From assembly GCA_951406725.2 (NCBI GenBank), contig OX597832.1, positions 46,190,001 through 46,254,000 on the forward strand: a stretch of 64,000 nt of DNA. Reading direction: 5' to 3'. Below, piece after piece: positions 55,345 to 64,000 of this stretch; the stretch's first letter is position 1; each line of letters opens with the position of its first letter. Below the pieces are notes generated by a model. It had not been told where the DNA came from. It searched no databases and saw only the letters and a program-made list of their open reading frames with translations. The translations under genes and the position numbers were made by a program. The stretch is from Octopus vulgaris (lineage: Eukaryota).

Positions 55345-55515
55345 CATTCTACTTGTTTCAGTCATTTCAGTGCAGCCATGCTGGGCACTCCTTCAAAGAG
55401 TTATGGTCGAGCAAATCGATCTCAGGACATTTTAGTTAAGACTGTTACTTATTCTATCGCAATCTCATGTCGAACTGCCTAGTTACGGGGACATAACCAC
55501 ACCAGTTATCAAGCA
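55345..55515 (-). mobile_element. Old family 2 SINE, 3' half
   Basis: acttgtttcagtcattt...gccatgctggg...gtcgagcaaatcgat...tacttattctatcg. Confidence 0.65.
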
Positions 55516-55560
55516 AGACAGACACGCATAGAGACATATACAGGTCTACATATGTATAAA

Positions 55561-56395
55561 AATTTAAATAATAAAGGTAAAAAATTGATTTGAATTTGAT
55601 TAATATCCATTTAAACCAGTGGTTAAGCATATACAGAGAATCTGATGATTCAGAAAATTTATATTACATATATATAAGCGGGATGACTACAAGGTGAACA
55701 TCCAATATGTTAAATGTAGACCCCATTTGTCCTGACCACTAAGAAAATATTGTTCTCAAGAAAATTCAGCAAACGCCAGAACTTAAGCGAGCAAGATAAA
55801 TGAAAAGATACAAAATATAATGATTAGTCATATACCAAGTTTCATTGCTACCATTTACATATTTACTAACGTAAATGTCCGCAAATCATCAGTGCAACCG
55901 TCATAGAAAAAATAATTTACAGAATTATACACGAGATTTCCACACAATAGAGAACATGCTTACTAATTTTTTTCTTAGTGGTCAGATCATATGGAGAGTA
56001 GATTTAGCATATTGGTTGTCCAACTAGTGGTCATCCCTCTTATATGTATGTAATATAATTTTTTCTGAATCTCAAGATTATTTCTATATGCTAAGCTATT
56101 GGTGTAAATTGATATTAATCAAATTAATATCAATTTGTTTACCCTTATTATTTAAATGTAAATATAACCTGTCCTCTAACTGGCAGACTTTGATGCAGAA
56201 AATTATTTTCTGCAGAGTCATTTCCGGGTTTGGCGCGCCAAAACGAAGAGATTTGAAATATAAACCCAAATATAATTGAGAGAACTGTATGTATGTTCTG
56301 TATGGTGTGGACGTCTCGTGTATAGTTCTGCAAATTATTTTTTCTATGACGGTCGCACTGATGATTTGCGGACATTTACGTATGTACTTGGGCAA
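55561..56395. mobile_element. Rearranged PLE-like remnant with interleaved inverted repeats and hammerhead-like motifs
   Basis: IR 55561-55750 vs 55968-56157; IR 55869-55957 vs 56293-56381; ctgatga-t-ttgc...gcaa-t-gaaac on minus at 55833-55892. Confidence 0.6.
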
Positions 56396-56855
56396 AACAA
56401 TTTTAATTAAAAAAAAAAGTGTTCCAAACTTTTGGCCGCGACTGTAAGTAACAAACTACGCCAACTCCGTTCTTGAGAAATTATGATTCTCAAAACTATA
56501 AATGACGACGCTAGGTAGAAAACTACAGATACAAAACAACAATGGGAATGTCGAACTAGGTAAGCATTCAGCATATAAATATGCCTATGCATATTTAGAC
56601 AAGAAAGTATATGTGTGTGTACACATTCCGATACAAAACGCACATATCGTCACATGAACTGACGCCAAATACTTGGACATATGAACACATAGAAGCGCAG
56701 CGCCAGTGCTGGTGTCGTTGATATTTCAAATATTGCAATGAAGGCGTCTTGGATTTGGTTCAGAAAGCAGCACTTCCTCTATCGGCTAGAAATCTAGAAA
56801 CAAGATTAAGCGATACCATTCATGTACAAAGAGACACTCGCTCAAAAATACACAA

Positions 56856-56947
<92 letters not shown>

Positions 56948-56948
<1 letters not shown>

Positions 56949-57095
56949 GTTGAAATTTACAGAAAAACGAAAGACGAAGACGGGTGTGTAAGAAACAAAC
57001 AGGTCGGCTAGTTTCACAATCGGGAAGGTGAGAAAGTCTTTTATATTTCGATTCTACGCTCTTCCGCAGAAAGGAACATAAGGAAAGAAACAGAG
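56948..57095 (-). mobile_element. Penelope-like 3' end, family A variant
   Basis: Minus ctttctgcggaagagcgtagaatcgaaatat; aaagacgaagac block shared with 3354-3570. Confidence 0.65.
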
Positions 57096-57110
57096 AGAGA
57101 ATAATTATGT

Positions 57111-57190
<80 letters not shown>

Positions 57191-57215
57191 GTATATATAT
57201 ATATGTTTATATAAA

Positions 57216-57305
57216 GTTAATCCAAACATGAAAACACAAAGAGAAAACACAATAACGCGAGGACGTGGAACAAGTATAGTGTTATTGGATGCTCAGGAAG
57301 AAAGA
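57216..57305 (-). mobile_element. Penelope-like 3' tip, family B
   Basis: gttaatccaaac...cgcgaggacgtggaacaa matches the reverse complement of 42345-42424. Confidence 0.7.
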
Positions 57306-58381
57306 GAAGCGTGTATAAATATATATTATATGTGTGTGTGTGTGTGTGTTTATATATGCATATATATAGATATGCATGTGTTTGAGAAATTTTGTATGTA
57401 TACATACTGTAAAAATGTCATATATGCTTTTGTATATACTGTTAAGCTGTAAATGACGTGAGTTATATGAATCACCAGGAAAAAGGATTTGAATTACAGG
57501 AATTTGAAAAAATAAAACAATACGGTTGTTTATTAAGCTTTATTTTAATTAGAATATTCAAGCGGAAATATACTGACAAATTATACTTGAAAATAATTAA
57601 CATTTGGGCGCTAAATACAGCACGTGTTCTATAAGCTTTGGAGAGGAAAAGCAATTGGAAGTTAAGTGCTTGATTTAATATGGAAAGACAAAAAAAACGC
57701 TTTGCAAATTAATTGCAAAATATTGCGAAAAACATGAAAATCTCATCCCTTTTGTGGCTTTGTAAATTATCATGTAATCTAAACGAAATCAGAAGGTGTT
57801 AATTTTGTTGCCGCTTTACTCCTTTGTTTCTTCTTTTTTTTTTTGGATTTTTTTTTTGTTTTTTGAAGTAGAGAAAACATACCAGTCACAAACAGTGAAC
57901 AAATTCGATTAGAAGTGAAATCGATACAAGATAATTCGATATAGTTTGCGGATAATTAAAGAAAAGGACTGTAATTGGAATAATCGTGTTCATGCGCACC
58001 ATTCACTCCCTGAAACTTGAATATATACACACACATATATATATATGTGTTCGCATGTACATGCATATACAAGAACAAAGCAAAAAACTGAGCACACAAG
58101 TACACCCACGACACATTCACGGCTCTCTATCTCTCCGTATCCACATCTATATCTATCTCTACCTTCCTGTCTCTTTACCGTCCATCTCTCGATTTCTCTC
58201 TCTCTCTCTCTCCCTCTGTCTGTCTGTCTGTCTCTCTCTATATATATATACGTGTGTGTATGTGTGTGGGACTGTGTACAAACGTAAATATACATAGATA
58301 CATGCACACACACACACACATATATACACACACACACACACACACATATATATACATATATATAAATACTTATATATATAC

Positions 58382-58454
<73 letters not shown>

Positions 58455-58499
58455 TATATGTTATATACACATAATCTATATAATCTATATAATATATAA

Positions 58500-58546
<47 letters not shown>

Positions 58547-58566
58547 ATATACACATAATCTATATA

Positions 58567-58621
<55 letters not shown>

Positions 58622-58770
58622 TGTATGTATGTATAAAGGTTGATAAAGAGAATATAGATGTATGGAATTACATTCAATAAGTTTCGAAAAATAAACAGAA
58701 ACAAGAAAAGAAACGAACATGCATTTTCCTTGTCAGTTATCATCCAAAAAATGTCATTAGATTGTCATAC

Positions 58771-58858
58771 CTTTAACGATAATATTCTTAATTTTTTTTG
58801 CTGGCGTCAACAGCGAATAGCTGCTGGGAATATTGTAAATATACAAACAGGATGAAGA
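58771..58858 (-). CDS. Candidate exon D (88 nt) of an unrecognised spliced transcript
   Basis: Acceptor aatcccacag, donor AAG|gtatga; in the chained frame reads VFILFVYLQYSQQLFAVDASKKN then stop. Confidence 0.35.
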
Positions 58859-59090
58859 CTGTGGGATTTATACACACGTCTTGTCTTGATACTAGAGAAC
58901 ACGTGTGTATAAGTAACGCATTCTCTGTTTTCTAACTTGATTTCGTTTTTCACCACACACTATATACTTCATAGTCCCATTTTCCATAGCGTTACTTATA
59001 CACAATTTCTCTCACTGCTCATGGATTTTATTTTGCTTGCATAGCATATCATTTATTTTGTTTGTATATTTTGTATTTTGTTTCTCATAC

Positions 59091-59189
59091 CTGCGTCGTA
59101 TTTGCCTTCGTTTGTGACACTGGCACCAATGAATGTTCGCACAGTATTCCTTAAGAACGTGCAAGGGCAATGATTTTTTCGAACGGTAA
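59091..59189 (-). CDS. Candidate exon C (99 nt)
   Basis: Acceptor ttctttttaatcatcag, donor CAG|gtatga; phase 1-1 frame TVRKNHCPCTFLRNTVRTFIGASVTNEGKYDA. Confidence 0.45.
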
Positions 59190-59972
59190 CTGATGATTAA
59201 AAAGAATATCCATGCCAAGTGCGTAAATTTTCCTTTCATTCCTATTCGTTCTTTGGCTTATTGTTTGAATCGTATCATTTAATGTAACGCCGGCACCTAT
59301 CTTCTCTTACTTAACCTATGTGTGTGTGTGTATCAAATGAGACAAAGAAGATATGGTAATTACCAGCTTCTTTATTAATCATACGATCGTTTCGACCTAT
59401 CATGCATTGGCCCCTCGTGAGTGAGATCCTGACTAACTGGCTGTGTCGTATTCTTCGGTACAGATGTGTCTTGCCGGGTGAATTTTCAAAACATACTTTC
59501 TTTATTAAACCCGATTTCGTTTAGTTCGATTACAATACATTTCGTTATTTGCCTGTAGGTGGTTACGTACAGGGTACGTCATGGTTTAGAATGAGTTTGA
59601 ACTGTACTTAATTTACAAACAGATGTAGGAGAATATCGACACATATTATTATAGAATTAGGGAAACCGTGATCATTGAGCATTTAGGTAGTTTTTGAAAA
59701 GACATCTGTCGATAGGCATATGTATCCAACGATGCACCACAACCAGTTGTTCGGCATCTCATTCGCAAACGACTGTTGCAAGATGGGTCGAAACGATCGT
59801 TGTCATTAATAAAGAATCACATGATTTCCATTTCCCGTGTCTCTCATCTGTTTAAACTCAACGTACGCGAAGGAACTCCTAAACAGAATCCAGTGGCATT
59901 GAAACTCACACTCAATGCAAAACTTGTAGCCACAACTGGGTGTATAACTAAGTTTAAAATAATTACACACAC

Positions 59973-60030
59973 ATAGATTGGTGCATATATTGTGCTGCGG
60001 TTTGTATTTTTTCATAGCCTCCATAGTTAT
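59973..60030 (-). CDS. Candidate exon B (58 nt)
   Basis: Acceptor ttttttttaactcgattttgtag, weaker donor TAT|gtgtgt; phase 0-1 frame ITMEAMKKYKPQHNICTNL. Confidence 0.35.
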
Positions 60031-60410
60031 CTACAAAATCGAGTTAAAAAAAATCTAATGGAATTCCCCTGTTCGTTCCACCATTACAACCATCAGTTGC
60101 TCACATAGGGGAGTACGAGATGACAGTCAGCCAAAACTTTTGCTATTTTGTCTTTCTTCTTTCACCTCTTTGTGAGGTTGATAATCTTAATCTTTAGTTA
60201 CAGTTTCTCATTCAAAGTACATAATAGGCAGAATTGTCGGATTAAGATAGTAGGATGTTTTGAGGGTGATTTGGCTGCTATTTCTACCGGGACTAGCTAC
60301 TATGTAGAGGTGTGAAATAAATCTTCATTCACATATTTGCATTTCAAAAATGTAACGTAGGCTTTTCCATAAATCAACTATCGTAAAACATTTATACGAT
60401 GACCTCACAT

Positions 60411-60458
<48 letters not shown>

Positions 60459-61545
60459 ACACAAGTACCCACATACATACTCACATTCACACCCAAACAC
60501 GTTTCGTAAACAGAGCCTGAGATTTGGTTGTTAAATTATTACTTTAAGTCAACTTACACGTTTACACGTCTTTCAGTAAAGTTTATAGCCGAGTTAGTTA
60601 AAATAGTCAAGGTATAATTCTTTGCTTAACACATTTTCAAAAATTTCTACGGACTATATCACACTAATCCTCCATAATACATCAACAGTCTTGATTGAAA
60701 TACATGTAACGACATAATTTATGGATTTAAAAAATGGCTCTCTAGTTTTCGTTTCTCTATTTGTGCTGTATGGTCAATGTGTGTGGACGAAGGAGCGGTA
60801 TTTTGCATTGTAATGCATTGATTTATTTTACCGTATTCTCTTTTGATATTGAAGAATAATCATCGAATTCTAAATATAATTTATATTTTTAGAATCGCAC
60901 AAAACCAATGAAATGATAGATAGATAGATACCTACCTACCTACATAATACACACATACATACATACACACATACATATATACATACATATGCACAGAAAG
61001 CTAAAACACTTGGCTTCACGGGAAAAGAGCAAAAGATACTGACGTGGATTCTCCGTATCCAATCTTTTATTGGCACAGCCAAGATTTTTTAGACATACCA
61101 TGTAAGATTTTTATGTGACTACATGCACACAGTTGGGTGTATGCATTGAGGGTTCAACTCACACACCGACTCAACCACACATTTACAAACACCGAGAGCT
61201 CACTTAACTCAAAATGGTTTGTTGCTTTCTTGGGTTCTCTCAAGGAGAATTAAAATTAAACTCAAAGAAAAAGATCATTCATACATACATTCATAGAGAC
61301 AGACAGGCAAACAAACAAACATACACACATACATACATACATACATACATTCATAGAGAAAGTCAAATAAACAAACATACATACCTACATACATACATAC
61401 ATGCATACACGCATAATACATACATACATGCATACATACATACATACATATATTCATAGACAGACAGACAAACAAACATACATACATATATACATACATG
61501 CATACATACATACATACATAAATATTTACATACATACATATATCT

Positions 61546-61710
61546 AAAATCATCAACGAGAAAAGAAAATATCTATGCTGAAATATTGAGAAATCTGCAA
61601 TTAGCCTATCAAGATTACAAGTTCAGGTTTATAGCTGTACTTACTGGGGCCCTGAGATATGTAACACACTGCAGAAACACCAATCTTGAGAAATTAGCTT
61701 CTCAAAACGA
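61546..61710 (+). pseudogene. Second R4/Dong-like REL-endonuclease C-terminal remnant
   Basis: From 61562 reads KENIYAEILRNLQLAYQDYKFRFIAVLTGALRYVTHCRNTNLEKL, matching the K..Y..L...hPhhhGALG pattern also seen near 14300. Confidence 0.55.
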
Positions 61711-61817
61711 GAAAGTATATATATCATTAAAGTATATATGAGCATGTCCAGATATGCATTCATAGGCATGATAATTTATGAATGAAACAAAGCGTACAAA
61801 TCTGTACACATACTTAC

Positions 61818-62037
61818 ATACGTACAAAAATACGTTGTTGAGATTCCAATGAAACTGGCTCTTTCTCTATTGGCAAGAAATCCTGAAATAAAACTGAATA
61901 ATGACATACTTACATACATACGCATATCAAGGAAGGTGAAAATGGAGAGGCAGGTTTTGTCTCGTGAATGTTTGGAAAAAAAGGTGAATAAATGTAGCAA
62001 AGATGGGGCGAGTGACGAAACCACATTCAGCATGATC
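61818..62037 (-). CDS. Candidate exon A (220 nt, or 65 nt from the internal acceptor at 61882)
   Basis: Acceptor ctgactctctcttttacgatttacag with a branch-like ctgac, donor TAT|gtaagt; lies in open frame 61776-62081 and ends in phase 0. Confidence 0.45.
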
Positions 62038-62955
62038 CTGTAAATCGTAAAAGAGAGAGTCAGAGAGGACTTTGCTCCCATGTGTTTATTTTCTCCCTGC
62101 CTGAGGTTACCGTGGTCTTTTCTGTAGGCTTTTCTTTCTACGGATGAATCTAATCTTGTTTGTTATTTAAAAAAAAAATATTTTCTTTCTGTGATACGCG
62201 ATCCCTTTTGATCGCTTTTTTTTGCCGATCCCTCTTTTCTTTCCTTTTTTTCTTTTACTTTTCGATCTTTATTTTCCTTTTTCTTTTCCATCTTCGAAAA
62301 GAAAAGCTCTACATTTCTATATGTCCCCTCTGTGTCCACCCCTGTGTGGCCAATAAAGAAAGTTATATACATGTGTCTATACTGTGTACAATGTATACAC
62401 ATTATATTAGTAAGAAATAGTTACCACAGAAATGCATTATTGTGCAAACATTATAATTGAAGTTATATTTAATGGTTATGGTAATTGATGTTAATGTAAT
62501 TACAATTATATGAGTTTTATGTCGGTGGACGAAGAAGACTATTCACATTCTAAGTGATAATCACGAGCATTGTTCTAATAAACTGGAAGGTGTTACATTC
62601 GAAAACTAATATTACACGTTGAAATATGATGCAAAATTATGTTAGGTGTTAATCAATAACAGTATGTAATAATTTAAAGAAAAGCTATTAGAATGTTGAG
62701 TCAATAATGTTCTAATATACATACCATTATCAGAGCGATTCTAAATGTATTACGACAATCGCAAATTGTTGACAATTAGATGAATATATTTCTTCAAATT
62801 ATTGCGAATTTTTGAATACCAATTCACTTGTCTTAACTGATAATTGTTTGTGATACGAAGGGACGTGACAAATGTTTGAAACGGGTTGGGACACTGGTGT
62901 AGAAGTTGTGAGAAGTGGAAAGATATGGATAGAATATATTCAAAGGTGGTATCCT

Positions 62956-63186
62956 GCAGCGAGCTGGCAGAAACGCTAGCAAGCCGAGCGAAATGCTTAA
63001 CGGTATTTCGTCTGCAGTTGCGTTCTGAGTTCAAATTCCGCCGAGGTCGACTTTGCCTTTCATCCTTTCGGGGTCGATAAATTAAGTATCAGTTAATGCA
63101 CTGGGGTCGATGTAATCGACTTAATCCGTTTGTCTGTTCTTGCTTGTCCCCTCTGTGTGTAGCCCCTTGTGGGTAGTAAAGAAATA
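62956..63186 (+). mobile_element. Family 3 SINE monomer with 8-bp TSD
   Basis: TSD ggtatcct at 62948-62955 and 63187-63194. Confidence 0.9.
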
Positions 63187-63311
63187 GGTATCCTAGATGC
63201 TGCACCTTACAGCATATTGTTGGCGTGTTAGGGAGTTATGAGTGAAATACTTAAGTTCACGAAAATGGTGTAACAATTGGTAAGCATAATTTTGATTATA
63301 AATTCATAGAA

Positions 63312-63530
63312 ATAGTGGTTTCAAATTCTGGTGCAACGCCAAAAAATTTGGGTGAATGGGTAGATCGATTACATCGACTGCAGTTCTCAATTGGTTCCTT
63401 TTTGTATCGACGGCTGAAAGCTGAAATGTAAAGTCGACCTCGGCCAAACTGGAGCTCAGAACGCACAGACAGACGAAATGCCACTAAACATTTTGCGCAG
63501 GCTTCATACGATTCTGCTAGCTTGCCTCCT
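63312..63530 (-). mobile_element. Older relative of family 3 SINE with a different tail
   Basis: Minus gcaagctagcagaatcgt...ggcatttcgtctg...gccgaggtcgacttt...gtcgatgtaatcga, then a cccaaa...ttgaaacc tail also seen at 32375-32440. Confidence 0.7.
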
Positions 63531-63559
63531 TCATTCTTAGAAATACCATCAAGGCCATG

Positions 63560-63828
63560 GTATTGTACTCAGAAAGTTACCCTCCAAGGCACAAGTCCAG
63601 GCAAGTTGTTTGTTTATAGAAGACCAGCAGTCACCCATGCATATAAGCCTCCCCGCTCGATCTCACCAATGTTACCCTAGGGAAATATAATGCTGATACG
63701 GCTTTGCTCCAGTGACATCGCAACTCATTTCTACAACTGATTGAACTGGAGCAAAGAGAAATTATCTTGCTCAAGAACACACCACACAGAACGGTACGGG
63801 AATCAAACGCACTATCTTATGATTGTGA
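63560..63828 (-). mobile_element. tRNA-like SINE, family 4
   Basis: Minus strand: B-box-like gtttgattccc, conserved-looking gtgttcttgagcaag...ttgctccagt, tail ctgctggtcttc...ggacttgtgccttggaggg. Confidence 0.6.
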
Positions 63829-63854
63829 TATATATATATATATATTATATATAG

Positions 63855-64000
63855 TTAATCCAAACAAGAAAACACAAAAAAACACAACAACGCGAGGACG
63901 TGGAACAAATATAGTATTATCGGACGCTCAGGAAAGAAGGGAGGAAGGAGGGTTCAACGTTTCGAGCGGAGCTCTTCGTTGGAAACATAGGAGAAGGAAA
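63855..64000 (-). mobile_element. Penelope-like 3' end, family B (runs off the window)
   Basis: Minus ccaacga-a-gagctccgctc-gaaacgtt; 3' end abuts (TA)n. Confidence 0.7.

Overview
AT-rich, repeat-dense eukaryotic genomic DNA. The SINE families and the (TA)n/(CA)n/(TATC)n load look like an octopus genome; that is inferred from repeat style, not verified. Nearly all ORFs in the supplied track are microsatellite or low-complexity artefacts. Recognisable content: (1) three or four tRNA-like SINE families in many copies; (2) a 5'-truncated Penelope-like element (PLE) with a GIY-YIG endonuclease remnant, plus many short PLE-type 3' ends that carry hammerhead-ribozyme-like motifs and mostly abut (TA)n; (3) a CR1/L2-like LINE 3' end whose tail is shared with one SINE family; (4) two R4/Dong-like restriction-endonuclease LINE remnants; (5) two non-autonomous Helitrons; (6) many local palindromes and templated duplications anchored at (TA)n; (7) four phase-compatible candidate exons on the minus strand (58.8-62.0 kb) that could form an unrecognised spliced gene. 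No rRNA, true tRNA, CRISPR array or intact known protein-coding gene was seen. Family labels (SINE 1-4, PLE A/B) are my own working names.
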